This document shows positions 1 to 11,837 of a stretch of DNA of 64,000 nt, one piece after another. The position numbers were made by a program, and so were the translations under genes. Source of the stretch: Alloascoidea hylecoeti (Eukaryota); NCBI GenBank assembly GCA_001600815.1, contig BCKZ01000012.1, positions 310,001 through 374,000 of the forward strand, in the 5' to 3' direction. How positions within the stretch are numbered: the first letter of the stretch is position 1; every line of letters starts with the position of its first letter. Under the pieces are notes generated by a model, which saw only the letters and a program-made list of their open reading frames with translations, did not search any database and was not told where the DNA came from.

Positions 1-126
1 AATAACTTAAATATAAATTATGTGCATAATAAAAATCTCAATATCCAAATTTGACATATTTTTTTTAATTTCTAGGTCAATATAGAATTGNCATTTTAAT
101 ATTTGAATATGTTGTAGTATAATGTC

Positions 127-1998
127 TTAATCTAATAAACGATTCTCTACATCTTCACCATCTTCATCAATATAAGTATTATCAATCTTATACAACTCTT
201 CAGTACTTTTCAATTTAAAACTCATAAAAAATGCAACGATTGCAAACATACCACCCATTCTAAAAACCCAACCCATACTATCATCACTTTTCGATGAATT
301 TTCAAATAATTTAAATAGAAAGCTACTAAATAACGATGAAATCACCTGAGGAAATGATACAAATACATTATGAATTCCCAATATAACACCAGGTTCACAT
401 TCATAAAGTTCAAATTTCTTTCTGCGAAAATGATTCGAATCACTTTCATTAGGATGATCGTGCAAATTTGAGTTTGTATGATCAACAACAGATTTTCCTT
501 TCATTTCCTTAATGCGGGAAATATCCTCGGAAATTAGGACAAACGGTGCCCACAATGCAACACCCCAAGGTATACCTAAAAACCCAAACATCCAGATAGC
601 TTTGGCAGAATTGTCTATCCAGAATGTCGAAACCATACAAAGAATGAATATAGCATGTGTAATTGTCCAAGTTTTCCCGACTGTTAACCATTCGAGTGTA
701 AGCTTTGACTTTTTAACTTCAGTAACACCTGATTCTTCAATCACATTATCGTGAGTCGGTTTAATGACCAATGGTAATAACACATCAACAGTTAATGAGG
801 TGATAGCGTGAACCACCAATGCTAGAGCACCTCTCCTAGTTGCATTATCATTAAAAATATCATTTTCTTCTGGGGTTAAAGGAGGAGAGTCAATTGGTCT
901 TGATGCCATATATTCTTTCTTATATAGATCACCAACATATGTAGTAGTATAAAATAGCATCGGAAAATATCCCACCCAAGCAAAGAATTGAATTTTACAT
1001 ACTAAATTAACCTGAGGAGGTAATCTTGTGATGCTGTATAATGTTTCTTTTATAACTGCAATTATTGCTCTCCAACCGGTCGCTTTTTTAAGACCCATTT
1101 TACGCATGCGAATAGCCTTTTGTTTCCTTTCGTGAAGTATTGCAATATCGGTATTTGGGTTTCGTTCCTTAATGAAATAAAATGATAGAATAACTGTAGC
1201 AGTCATCACAATAGATGCAGATGAAGCCAGTACTTTAAATTGTGATGTACCAAGAAAGGGAAATAATTGGGGTAAATCAGCAGCGGCTAAAACATAGCCA
1301 ATGATATTAAAAGTGCCATTTAATCTTGCAGCCCAAGCATTTGCTACTTGTTGTTGAGAAGTAGGAACATTATCAACAATATAAGCTCTTGAAGTGGCTT
1401 GGATAGCACTTATGGAGAAATCCAAGATATAGACACCAAAGACAGCAAAAGGTATTGTCAAAGCTTTAATTTCATCGTGTGACTTATTCTTGTCAACAAA
1501 AAACCCAACTATNTCAATTGAATAACTGAGATAAAACAAAGAACAAGAGGTTGCAATGCAACCACCTATTATAAATGGCTTCCGTCTTCCATGTTTATAA
1601 GTACAAGCATCACTGAAAATGCCTACAATTGGTTGACCGAAAGTACCAGAGAGGGGACCAGCTATCCACACCAGCGCAAGCATATGCTTAGATACCCCCA
1701 AGTTTGTAAGAAAAGGGGTGCCTTCAGAAAATTCGGCACACCATGCCAGTTGTAAGCCACCCACTATGATGGTCAGCATTAATATGTATAGCGTAGATCT
1801 AAGTGGGTTGATGACATCTGAGATGTTCAAATCTGTATTCGCCATGGTGTTTAAAATGCTGGATGAAAGAAGAGAAGACTCTTCTGGAACCTCTAATTGA
1901 GACAGTTGATTGTTTGAGCACGTGGGTGATGAAGATGTGGATAAAAGAGGTGTGCTTGGGCCTTGAGATCCAGTATTGTCCGATATGTGAGCCATCAC
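127..1998 (-). CDS. GPH-family sucrose/alpha-glucoside:H+ symporter (S. pombe Sut1-like)
   Basis: 623-aa ORF with about 12 TM segments; motifs GGLQLAW, VWIAGPLSGTFGQPIVGIFSD, GRRKPFI, QFFAWVGYFPMLFYTTTYVG and GIHNVFVSFPQVISS are typical of fungal/plant SUT/GPH carriers. Confidence 0.9.
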   Translation of the reverse strand: MMAHISDNTGSQGPSTPLLSTSSSPTCSNNQLSQLEVPEESSLLSSSILNTMANTDLNISDVINPLRSTLYILMLTIIVGGLQLAWCAEFSEGTPFLTNLGVSKHMLALVWIAGPLSGTFGQPIVGIFSDACTYKHGRRKPFIIGGCIATSCSLFYLSYSIXIVGFFVDKNKSHDEIKALTIPFAVFGVYILDFSISAIQATSRAYIVDNVPTSQQQVANAWAARLNGTFNIIGYVLAAADLPQLFPFLGTSQFKVLASSASIVMTATVILSFYFIKERNPNTDIAILHERKQKAIRMRKMGLKKATGWRAIIAVIKETLYSITRLPPQVNLVCKIQFFAWVGYFPMLFYTTTYVGDLYKKEYMASRPIDSPPLTPEENDIFNDNATRRGALALVVHAITSLTVDVLLPLVIKPTHDNVIEESGVTEVKKSKLTLEWLTVGKTWTITHAIFILCMVSTFWIDNSAKAIWMFGFLGIPWGVALWAPFVLISEDISRIKEMKGKSVVDHTNSNLHDHPNESDSNHFRRKKFELYECEPGVILGIHNVFVSFPQVISSLFSSFLFKLFENSSKSDDSMGWVFRMGGMFAIVAFFMSFKLKSTEELYKIDNTYIDEDGEDVENRLLD

Positions 1999-2227
1999 AA
2001 ACCGTTATATTTAAAGCAAGCTAACCGATACGAAAAATAAATCAACAAGGAGAAAATGANGTTCCTCAAACTCTCGGGATTATTTATGACCAAGAAGCCT
2101 TCGACGTATTATATAATTCTGGATAATTATGGGGTAATTCAATATTCTAGATAACCCGACGGTTTACCCGGAATTATCATATTGGAACTTAATTCTTATC
2201 TTAATTCCATCTAAAACACCTTAATAA

Positions 2228-2754
2228 ATGAATTCAATTCATCAAAGACCAATTTTCGTCCCTCATTCAGGTACCAAATCTGCCTCTTTTTTTACATCCT
2301 CATCAAGTTCCACAAGTCAAGGCCCTCAAAAGCGGAAAGCATATGATGAAACACCAGATATACGCGTTGAGGCCGAGGAACGCGTCATTCATCGGGCTGG
2401 ACCCCAATCAGGAGCTCATGAACAAGACAACACAATCAAAAAGCATCAAATGTCCAAAATAGAATCTCAGATACATTGTATGTTTCTNTACCAACATTGC
2501 TTTATAAATTTGCGATTAAATGATTTATTAACCCTTTTTTTGCAGACGATACAATAGCAATGATGATGGACGCACAAAGAGAATTACAACGCAAAGAGTC
2601 AGAGGAGAATCGATGTGCCATGGATATTGACGAAGATACAGAAACTCAACAGGAAAATGATCAAATAGCAGATCATAATAGATATTATTCAATTGTTGAT
2701 ATGCTAAAGAATAGGTCTAGATCTGGTTACAAAATAGAAAACCATGCTCATTAG
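2228..2754 (+). CDS. Small hypothetical protein, 2 exons (2228-2477, 2546-2754)
   Basis: Intron 2478-2545 (GTATGT...ATTAAC...TGCAG) joins ORF 2228 in frame to ORF 2560 (…IHYDTIAMMMDAQ…); Reb1-like TTACCCGG just upstream. Confidence 0.6.
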
Positions 2755-3295
2755 GATCTTATGTTTTGTTACATGACATTAATTGCCCTTACTTCAGCTT
2801 ATTCATTTGATTATGAGTTTGGTAAATGATGAAATTAACAGTAATAGTTTTCGGTAAATTATTATATTATAATTATAATCGCTATTCCTATTTGGTATAT
2901 CCTTTAAACTATAAAAAAAGAATGTGAAAATTAAATGAAGTTTTAAAAACTGATACTAGAGTACTCTTTTTTCAATATATATGTAAAGAAGGGCCCTCAA
3001 AATTCAAGAAACTTTTATCGAGTAAAAAAAAACGCGTGGTCCCAGAAATTCTGCTTTGAGTAAATATTAATTATTAAAAAAAAATAAAAGCAAATAAATA
3101 AATGAAAGAAAGAAACATATACATTTAAAATAATAGAAATAAAATTTAAAATAAATATATATAAGGTGACGAAAAAAAAACAATGATCAAATTAATTAGA
3201 TGACTTCAAAACACTTACACTACTTTAGATTCTCTATACAAAATTAGTAAGGTATGATCTTTTGTTCATTTATTGCTTCAAATAAAAGTGATTAA

Positions 3296-5690
3296 TTAAA
3301 TCAAACTAGGAGGCTCGACATACCCCACATTAACCTGCTGTTGATTATTATTAGTAGATGTAGCTTGGGGTACCATACCGGTCTGTTGAGTAACAATATA
3401 TCCACCGGTTTGTTGCATGTATAATTGCTGTTGNTGTTGTTGTTGTAGTTGCATTTGGATTTGCATTTGTTGCTGTTGTTGTAATTGAAGATTAATCTGC
3501 TCTTGTTTTTGTGCTTCCACTTGCGCCTTTTGATATTGAAGCTGTTGCTCATATTGGGCCTCTTTCTTTGTTTCAGGGAAAACAGGGATGGTGGATAGTT
3601 TCTCCAAACCTCCAAATGTAGGTTGAGCCTTCAATGGTTTCATTGGAGCACCAGTATCCATGCCTCTAAACGGATTCGAACCTGTTGGTTGAGATGCCAA
3701 TGCAGCAGGCTGGGCAGAAAATGCAGGAGTTGGGCCAGCACTAGTGAATGTAGATGAGAAGGGGTTCGTTCCTGTCTTTTGTGATTGTAACGGTTGAGGA
3801 GCAGTCTCCGAAACTGAACCTAGACTACCGGGTTTGGCAAATGGATTTGCCTTATGATGAGATGAATAGTTAAGTGATATACTCCTTTGAGGTGTTTCTT
3901 GGGTAGGCTGTGAAAATGGTCCGGATGAGAGAACGGCAATCGACTTACGGAATGGATTGCTTCCTGTTGGCGTAACTGCCAATGGTTCTTGGCCATAATT
4001 TTGAGGGCTATACCCACCAAAGCCTGCACCAGTGGATGTTGATTGTAGAGGAATTTGTAATTGTTGTTGTTGTTGTTGAGGTTGAGGTTGCTGGGGTTGT
4101 TGTTGCTGAAATCCAGTGAACTGATTCATTTGCATAGGGGAAAATAGTGGAGCAGTATGTTGCGCCATCAACGGCGCTTGAACAGTTTGCTGGAAATTTT
4201 GAACTGGGATTTGAACCTGGGCTGGATTTGGTTGCTGTTGAACAGAGACTCCCCATGGATTGTAGCCAGTTGCTTGTAATTGAATAGGCTGTTGTACCAT
4301 ATAAGGCGCACCCGTGATGGCAGCTTCCTGAAGAGGGAAACTAAATAAATCTGCCTGTTGTGTTTGTGCCAGAACTTGAGCATGAATAGGAATTCCAGTT
4401 TGGGCAGGAACTTGAGCCTGGGTTACTTGTGATTGAGACCCGACTGCATTTCCTATGGTAGATCTTGAAGTTTCCGCATTTTTATTACTCTTTTGTGGAT
4501 CTAANGTTTGGGGTGCTTCACTGCCCGTCTTGGATTTGTTTTTCTGACCTTCCTTCTCAGCTAAAAATTGTCTTCTATTAATCTCAAAGTCTGGATCATG
4601 CAAATATTCTTCTAATGATTTTGTAAGAAGAGTAGGAGCGTGTTTGATATTTGGGACATGCAATTTAGTTATATATTCCAAATGTTTAGCCACTTTTAAA
4701 TATGCTACAACATCGGATGTTAGCCTCACAAAATCTTTGTAAATATCTAAGGCTCTTTCTGCATCAAANTTTGACATTTCAAAATAGTGTTCCAGAATGT
4801 TAATAACACCTTCATTTAAAGCCTGATAAATACTGAGGAGGTCATTAACTAGCATTCTAAAAGCAGTCAACACAATATCATTATTGACTTCTTCTTCATG
4901 AAATTTACATTTCAATAAGGCACCAATTTGTTTAATGACACTTTCAACTTCTCTAAGCAAGCCTCTTTCGATTGTCAAATTTCTTAATCTATTTGATTGT
5001 CTGACGTAATCTACCTTCGTGGCGGAAAACTGCTTGACACGCTCCTGTAAATAATTGGAGTATCTATATAGACTCCGTGCATCTGATGAGTTCCGAGAGA
5101 TTTGTCTACATTCGAGTGTGCGAGAATGACCACTGAGGTATCGAAGAGTAACATCTTGTTCACCTTCTCTCGTCATGATATGTATCACGATTAAAGCTTT
5201 GTAAACAATCTATATTATAATTGTTAGTGTTAGTGTTTGTATTTCGCATTTTCTAACTTTAGAATCATATTGGCTTACAGACCAGGCAGAATCGCTGAGG
5301 CGGATCTTTAGCGTTCGCATTATTGTGACAAAATCGTCATTTCGACTGGAGGTAGCCAATAAAATGGGTTCGATGTACTTGGGTTTGGGGGCTGCGACCT
5401 ATTAATATAATAAATAATTGAAGCCATGTTAGAATATCGGTTTTCTTTCAATCTCCTCGAAATTGAATGGATAGAGTTCTTTTATCNGTCTTCTATTTTA
5501 GGAATAGGTGGAGTCGACACCATGCAGCAAGAATAGTAAATATACCTTTATCTTTGTCGCACCCTATAATGAAAATAACTCGTTAGTTTTCGCAGAGATT
5601 TGAGAGATCCAAAGAGGCACAACAGCATATGTACNGAAAGCCTTTGCCAGCGAAATAACATACCTTTACAATTTTCTCATATGTGGTCAT
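3296..5690 (-). CDS. YAP1802: ANTH-domain clathrin assembly protein (AP180/Yap1801/Yap1802-like), 4 exons
   Basis: Exons give MTTYEKIVK|GATKIK|VAAPKPKYIEPILLATS…|…IVYKALIVIHIMTREG; ANTH core LNEGVINILEHYFEMS; Q-rich tail with repeated TGSNPF/NPF motifs; short first exons 5690-5664 and 5563-5546 with GT-AG introns. Confidence 0.88.
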
Positions 5691-6036
5691 CGCGGAAACC
5701 GGGAAGGAGGTTTCTTTGTTCAGACGAGAAATGGTGGCATGGAACTTACCCTGCCAGGAGCGTGGGTGTTGTTGGGTGGAGATCCATCAATGTAATTATA
5801 ACTGTTTGATTGGCAATATCTATCTACTTCTGATTTCTGTATTTGCACCTGACAACATCGATATCTCAAAGGGAAAAAGACATATTTTCCTTTTGCGGTT
5901 TGGATTTTATTTGGCCTTTGTGTCTGGATTNAAGTCTGTTGTCAATTAATATGCAGATAGGCTGCTCATTGTTCTATTCTTCTAGTTGATTTATAACTGT
6001 AACGTAAAACTACTTACCTCTCTGTTTCCTAACACC

Positions 6037-8982
6037 ATGGACTCTGTTAAGGACTCTGTCAAAACGGCCAAAACGGTCCAACCGAAAAGAAAACGGCAAA
6101 AAAGAGCCACCAAGTCCTCCACACCTTCTACAATAAATAANTTAAAGAGTCCATCTGGATTCGGAGTGAGTAATGTTGTTGGAATATCAAGATCGATATC
6201 CGCATGTCAGAGGTGTCGGCTAAAAAAATTGAAATGCGATCATCATTTTCCGAAGTGCGACAATTGTAAAAAAAATGGCTGCGAATGTGTTGGATTAGAT
6301 CCTGCTACTGGTCGAGAAGTTCCCCGAAGTTACACGGTTTATCTGGAAGAACGAATTTCCTTTTTGGAAAGACAGTTAAAACTACATGGTGTTAATGATT
6401 TTGACATTCGTCCATTAAAGGATCCAAAAGTAACAGAAGAACTTTCAAATTCATCATCTAATGTCAATAGCACGGTAAATTCAGCATTCCCTAATCCCGC
6501 AACACAAATAACTGTTACTGAGCATGATAAAAATAATATTCAATTTTTAACTGACCCGAAAATCGTCCCTTTAAACCCTGCCATGAAATCCCAGTCTGCA
6601 GAGGATACCGATTTATCTTTAAAAGTGGGAAACCTATCAACAGAATCAAGGGAAACCAATGAATTTTCATTCGCAAGATTAATGTATGTGGCCCTAAGGC
6701 AAAAAACCTCACAGGATGGATGCATTGATTCATCCTTAGAGACGAATGCCACATTAAACAATACAAATCCAATAAGTAACTCATTATTAGACACAAAAGC
6801 TTCTACCCAAATCAAGCCAGCTACTTTACCAAAGAAGGAATTGGCAGAGCAATATATTATGGTATTCTTTTCACAAGCAAATTCTCAACTTCCTGTATTG
6901 CATCGTGAAGAGTTTATTCAAAAGTATTTTCTTCCGGTATATGGAAATTTATCAACAAATATATCATTAGCTTCTGACTATTCTTCAATTCATGTTTCTA
7001 GAAAACATGTATCACCAGATAGAACATATTATTATCATTATACCACTTCTGGTGCCGTTCCTACTCCTGAAATTACTATTTGTTTATATTTTTTAAATAT
7101 TATATTTGCAATTGCAACAACTGTTCATCATCAACAATATCCAGAATCATTGTCTGAATCATATCGAAAGGCAGCTTTACAATATATTGATGCGGTTTAC
7201 TCAACTCAAGACGGATTGGAGAGACTTCAATGTTTACTAATTTTGTCTTTATATTCTTTGATGCGACCATCTACACCTGGGATATGGTACGTTTTAGGTT
7301 CGGCTATAAGATTGGCAATCGACCTTGGACTTCATACTGAGGTAGGGATACAATTATGGTCCAAAACAAATAACTCTGGGTCCGGTGGTAATGCTGATGT
7401 TTCTGATGGTATTTCGTCCAGTGGAAATGTTTGTAATGGGTTTAATTTAGAAATGAGAAGACGTTTGTTCTGGTGCACTTACGCTTTGGATAGACAAATC
7501 GGTTTCAATCTTGGGAGACCTTTTGGAATTCCTGAAGAATGTATTAAAGTCCCTTTCCCTACTGAGCTTGATGATTCTCAACTAATTACCAAAGGCGGAA
7601 CGCCAGATACGACTATCTCTGACTTTTCATTGATTAAGGTAAAGGGGCCATCATATAAAGTAGTTTCATTGAGCATTCTTAAAATTCGACAGATTCAATC
7701 CGAAATCCAAAGAATTATGTATGAATGTGCTGAAATACCACGAGTGTTTNAAAATTTTGAACAATGGAGAAAATCAATGGCTCAAAGACTTGAAAATTGG
7801 AACAAAACTAGACCATATACCCTTAAAGAAATGAATTGTAATTTTAACCTTACTTTTTTTGAACTGAATCATCATGAAACAAGACTTCGTTTATATGGGT
7901 TATGTCCGTTACGTTTATCCATAACTACTGATGATTATTTTCAAATTGCAGATGCAGGAAAACATGTTATTAAGTGTTATTTTGAATTAAACAAAACATT
8001 ATGTATAAATTATACTTGGCTTTCTATTCAGAATTTATTCACAGCGGGATCCTCCTATTTATTCACCATTTATCATTCTCCAGAAGTTAGAAAAGTTACA
8101 AGTCTACAAGAGTTTGAATTTTTATCATCTGCTTGTGCTCATGTTTTATCAACACTCATTTCCAAAAGTGAAGCAGCGGNAAATTGTTGTGAAACTATCA
8201 AATTATTATCATCAGCTATTATAAAGCTTTATTATATGGATAATATCAATGAAGAAGATACTAAATTGCAAAANTCAAATAATAGGATGTCTTTGAATGT
8301 TAATGTCAATCCTCATGGTATTATATGGAATTCATCCCAAGCGCAAAATTATACTAAAAATTCAGACACAATACCAAACATGGCCTATCTTCAATCGGCA
8401 ACGATAAATGGAAATAATGAGTTAGGAGCTTCACAGGGAAATGTTAATTTTATACCTCCAGAACAATATAATGGAGGAGGCCCTTCAAATAGTAACATTA
8501 ATTCTCCAATAAATCCACAGATTGCCACTATGCAAAGTTTTGGAATTCATCAACAAGGCGATAATGAATTAAATATGGTATTCCCTTGGGGTGACGAACT
8601 CGATAAATTCTTCAGTGATGCTGCTGCTTTAGAAGAACTGTCTCCAGATACGAGTCCCGGTGGAAGGTCGAACNATGATAGCCAGACTCCTGTAACTCGT
8701 CAAATATCACCTTTAATTCACTCAGTAAATAAGCAATTAATCTCTACTCCAATAAAACACGATGATGTGTTTAATGCCCCATCATATCTACCACCACTAA
8801 GGACGGGGTTTAATTCACGAGACTCACGGCCTAGATTTAGAGACGACAGGCAAAAGGTTTATGATTTAATTCATCAACTTCCTTTTTCATCATCTTGGGA
8901 TCCATTTTTAATGCCGGAATTACCCAGTTATGGTTCTGAAAGTGATGGAAGGAAGAATCTGGATGAGCATGGGCAATATTAA
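6037..8982 (+). CDS. PPR1: Zn(II)2Cys6 transcription factor, Ppr1/UaY-like
   Basis: SRSISACQRCRLKKLKCDHHFPKCDNCKKNGCECVGLDPATGREVPRSY is the Ppr1-type binuclear cluster plus linker; fungal TF middle region RRRLFWCTYALDRQIGFNLGRPFGI; first ATG at 6037. Confidence 0.85.
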   Translation: MDSVKDSVKTAKTVQPKRKRQKRATKSSTPSTINXLKSPSGFGVSNVVGISRSISACQRCRLKKLKCDHHFPKCDNCKKNGCECVGLDPATGREVPRSYTVYLEERISFLERQLKLHGVNDFDIRPLKDPKVTEELSNSSSNVNSTVNSAFPNPATQITVTEHDKNNIQFLTDPKIVPLNPAMKSQSAEDTDLSLKVGNLSTESRETNEFSFARLMYVALRQKTSQDGCIDSSLETNATLNNTNPISNSLLDTKASTQIKPATLPKKELAEQYIMVFFSQANSQLPVLHREEFIQKYFLPVYGNLSTNISLASDYSSIHVSRKHVSPDRTYYYHYTTSGAVPTPEITICLYFLNIIFAIATTVHHQQYPESLSESYRKAALQYIDAVYSTQDGLERLQCLLILSLYSLMRPSTPGIWYVLGSAIRLAIDLGLHTEVGIQLWSKTNNSGSGGNADVSDGISSSGNVCNGFNLEMRRRLFWCTYALDRQIGFNLGRPFGIPEECIKVPFPTELDDSQLITKGGTPDTTISDFSLIKVKGPSYKVVSLSILKIRQIQSEIQRIMYECAEIPRVFXNFEQWRKSMAQRLENWNKTRPYTLKEMNCNFNLTFFELNHHETRLRLYGLCPLRLSITTDDYFQIADAGKHVIKCYFELNKTLCINYTWLSIQNLFTAGSSYLFTIYHSPEVRKVTSLQEFEFLSSACAHVLSTLISKSEAAXNCCETIKLLSSAIIKLYYMDNINEEDTKLQXSNNRMSLNVNVNPHGIIWNSSQAQNYTKNSDTIPNMAYLQSATINGNNELGASQGNVNFIPPEQYNGGGPSNSNINSPINPQIATMQSFGIHQQGDNELNMVFPWGDELDKFFSDAAALEELSPDTSPGGRSNXDSQTPVTRQISPLIHSVNKQLISTPIKHDDVFNAPSYLPPLRTGFNSRDSRPRFRDDRQKVYDLIHQLPFSSSWDPFLMPELPSYGSESDGRKNLDEHGQY

Positions 8983-9099
8983 TAATATACCAATATNAAC
9001 ATTATATTAGACAGTAGTATTATATAAATTTTCGATTTTCAATATAGATTATTTTTTGGTTATTTTAATTTGATCGATCTTGCAATTGATAATATTTGT

Positions 9100-9537
9100 T
9101 TAGTCTGACTTCCCTAATCTTGTAATGTCATACATTATCTTTAAACTTTCAAAGTCATTCATAAGCTCAAAATCAGGCTCTGGTGTAATCATAAAAACGC
9201 GTAGTTTATTATTACCAATATAGTCCCCAATAATATTAACAACAAGACCGGGGAACAATATACCAGATCGGACATTTGTATACTTCAAAGCAGCTAATAA
9301 ATACTTTTTTGAGAAATCTTTTTGGCGATCGATAACTAACTCTTGGTTTGAATGATTCTGGGGAATGATGTTATCATTTATAATCATTTCTACACCAGGA
9401 GCATCGCCAATAAGCAAGATATTTGGATCGTGTAAATATTTTTTAATAATACCAATGACACGAACGCGATAAGGAAGGGTCGGCGATGCGGAAGTTACAT
9501 TGTCAACAAGGTCAGATATTTTGATGACAAGTTTCAT
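9100..9537 (-). CDS. TEN1: Probable telomere-capping CST subunit Ten1 (single OB fold)
   Basis: 145 aa; MKLV…RVRVIGIIKKY start and …GLVVNIIG.Y end resemble fungal Ten1. Confidence 0.55.
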   Translation of the reverse strand: MKLVIKISDLVDNVTSASPTLPYRVRVIGIIKKYLHDPNILLIGDAPGVEMIINDNIIPQNHSNQELVIDRQKDFSKKYLLAALKYTNVRSGILFPGLVVNIIGDYIGNNKLRVFMITPEPDFELMNDFESLKIMYDITRLGKSD

Positions 9538-9612
9538 CGCAGTTTATCATTGATATAATTTTCGCGATGCTATTCAATGAAGAAATACATCCTAGGTTGG
9601 CTGTCTATCTGT

Positions 9613-9621
9613 TCACGTGAC
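9613..9621. promoter_or_regulatory. Cbf1-type E-box (GTCACGTGA on minus strand) in a short divergent promoter
   Basis: TCACGTGAC in the 137-bp gap between the TEN1-like and TRM61-like starts. Confidence 0.5.
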
Positions 9622-9674
9622 CATATAAAATGCTGAAATTTTAAAAGAAAGAAAATGAAAAGTCTGAGGAAAAG

Positions 9675-10889
9675 ATGCTTAAAGTAATAAGTAATTGCAA
9701 AGGAAAAGGAAGGGGTGTCTCGAGTATTTTAGACCACAATTTAAGATTTATTGAATTCAAAACTATAGAACGCTTTTANTCTCAGACATTTCGAGAAGAT
9801 GATGTAGTAATATTACAAAAGCTAACTGATCCAAGTAAAATCATCATTACACAACCTTTGAAACAGAAATCGATTTGTACCCGCGAATTTGGGAAATTTT
9901 ATTCGGATAATNTAATTGGTTTGAAAGAAGGGGCTATTATTAAGTCTGCCTATAAGGATCTTTTCTGTGTTGCGAGGTTCCCGACTCTTGAGGAATACAT
10001 CAAGTTAAGAACAAGAATAGCTCAACCCATTTACGCTTATGATGCTGCTGCAATTGCCAATTTACTTCATTTAGATCCANATTTCCCACAACTGAAAGAA
10101 GATGGTGTGGGTTTAAAAGAGGAGCCTTTGCAAATTTTAGAAGCTGGTACAGGTCATGGTTCTCTAACACTAGCAATCTGTAGAACAATACACGCTGCAA
10201 ATTGTTACAAGAAAGTTCAAGAAGATGGAACGATCATAAACAGAGGTGCTATATTACACTCAATTGATCGGAATAAAGATCACTTGGTAACAGGGAAAAA
10301 TAATGTCAAATATTATAAAAGAGGAATGTATTTTGATGATGTTAATTTTGAACTTAGTCATAGTCCAACGAAATGGTTGAAGGACAATGCTTCCAAGTGG
10401 TCTAATAACAAGGAGTTCNTGTCTGCTGCTTTTCTTGATTTGCAAGAACCAGGTGCCCATATTGAGCAAATAGCAGAACACTTGGTTACTGATGCACAAT
10501 TAATAATATTTTGTCCCTCAGTAACACAAATTGTGGAGGTTTATAACACATTACTCGCGAGTAAGGGAACAATTCATTTATCATTTGAACAAACGATTCA
10601 AATTGCGCCAGGCATGGGAGGAGGATTAACTAGATGGGAAATAAAAAATACAATCCCCAAGGGGGGTAGTAATGCGAGGGAAGCATGGATATGCCGTCCA
10701 AAAGTTGGTAGCTCTGTCGTTGGTGGTGGATTTATTGGGATCCTTAAGAAAATTAAGTCGTCAGCTACACTTAAAGATAAAAGTTATAAAGTTGATAATG
10801 TTTTATTCAATACAGAGGTTACAACCCTGAATAACTCCTTGAACTTTGTAGGTTTGTACGATAAATTGAAGAGACTATTTGGAAACTAA
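9675..10889 (+). CDS. tRNA m1A58 methyltransferase catalytic subunit (GCD14/Trm61 family, probably mitochondrial type)
   Basis: PTLEEYI…AQPIY..DA, ILEAGTGHGSLTL (SAM binding), AFLDL..P, FCPSVTQI; basic N-terminal extension resembling a presequence. Confidence 0.85.
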   Translation: MLKVISNCKGKGRGVSSILDHNLRFIEFKTIERFXSQTFREDDVVILQKLTDPSKIIITQPLKQKSICTREFGKFYSDNXIGLKEGAIIKSAYKDLFCVARFPTLEEYIKLRTRIAQPIYAYDAAAIANLLHLDPXFPQLKEDGVGLKEEPLQILEAGTGHGSLTLAICRTIHAANCYKKVQEDGTIINRGAILHSIDRNKDHLVTGKNNVKYYKRGMYFDDVNFELSHSPTKWLKDNASKWSNNKEFXSAAFLDLQEPGAHIEQIAEHLVTDAQLIIFCPSVTQIVEVYNTLLASKGTIHLSFEQTIQIAPGMGGGLTRWEIKNTIPKGGSNAREAWICRPKVGSSVVGGGFIGILKKIKSSATLKDKSYKVDNVLFNTEVTTLNNSLNFVGLYDKLKRLFGN

Positions 10890-10960
10890 TATAATTTAAA
10901 ACTGTAAATAATGAAAATAAAATTATTTTAACCCTAAAGAAACAAAACAATAAAACATAA

Positions 10961-11620
10961 CTAAGCATACTTAACAGCCTTCTTCGTCTTCTTTTTATTT
11001 GTGAGAACAATCTTCTGTTTTGGTGCTTCTTCTTCTTCTTCACTAACCTCCATTTGACTGAAATATTCTTCTTCATCATCAACCTCCATTTCAACATCTT
11101 TAGCTTCTGACTTGAGTTTCTCTCTGGCCAATTCTGCATCTCTCTCTCGTAATAATTCTGGATGTGCCTCAACCAATTTACGATCTTCCATCTTTTGTTT
11201 CTCTTTATTACCACGCATTCTGTTCTTGTAGAATGCTTTTTCTCTTCGTTGTCTGATTTCTTCTACTCTAGCCATAGCAGTTAAAGTTTTGGCAACAAGG
11301 TCTCTATTGTATCTAACTGGTACATTTCTTCTAGCTGCGAATGTTAAAGTAGAATCAACAACCATTTCTTTACCAGCAGCTTTACGGAAAGCTTTTGTCC
11401 ATCGTAATTTCCTTGGATTACGTTTCATTTTGAAATTCTTATGACATTTTGAACGACAGAACCGAAACTCTTTAGCATCATTTCTTACAAACATAATCCC
11501 ATGACCAGGCTGAAAAATATTATTAGTTAGTATTATTCNTTCTTATAAAGATTTATTAAATGTCAGACTTCGGCTTACATATACTGGGGATGAGCAAAAA
11601 TGACATTGATAAATTCTCAT
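10961..11620 (-). CDS. RLP24: Ribosome biogenesis protein Rlp24, 2 exons
   Basis: [57 protein letters not shown]; intron about 11510-11578. Confidence 0.96.
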
Positions 11621-11669
11621 TATATATTATGCTATTTTTTTTTGATTAAATTTTGAATTATAGTGGGAA

Positions 11670-11733
11670 GATGAGAAAATTCTAAATGAAAAAAAAATTA
11701 TTTGTATGTGTCACGTTATTTATATGTCACGTG
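11670..11733. promoter_or_regulatory. PAC-core, RRPE-like and Cbf1-like motifs in the RLP24/PAM18 divergent promoter
   Basis: GATGAG 11670-11675, TGAAAAAAAAATT about 11687-11699, GTCACGTG 11726-11733, beside a ribosome-biogenesis gene. Confidence 0.5.
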
Positions 11734-11837
11734 TATATATCAAACTCTCCAAAAAATGAAAGCTTGAAAAATCACCGGTACCATTGCAATTGAGCACTTT
11801 TTTCTTTTAAGAACAGAGCAAACAATAAGAAGAAGAT

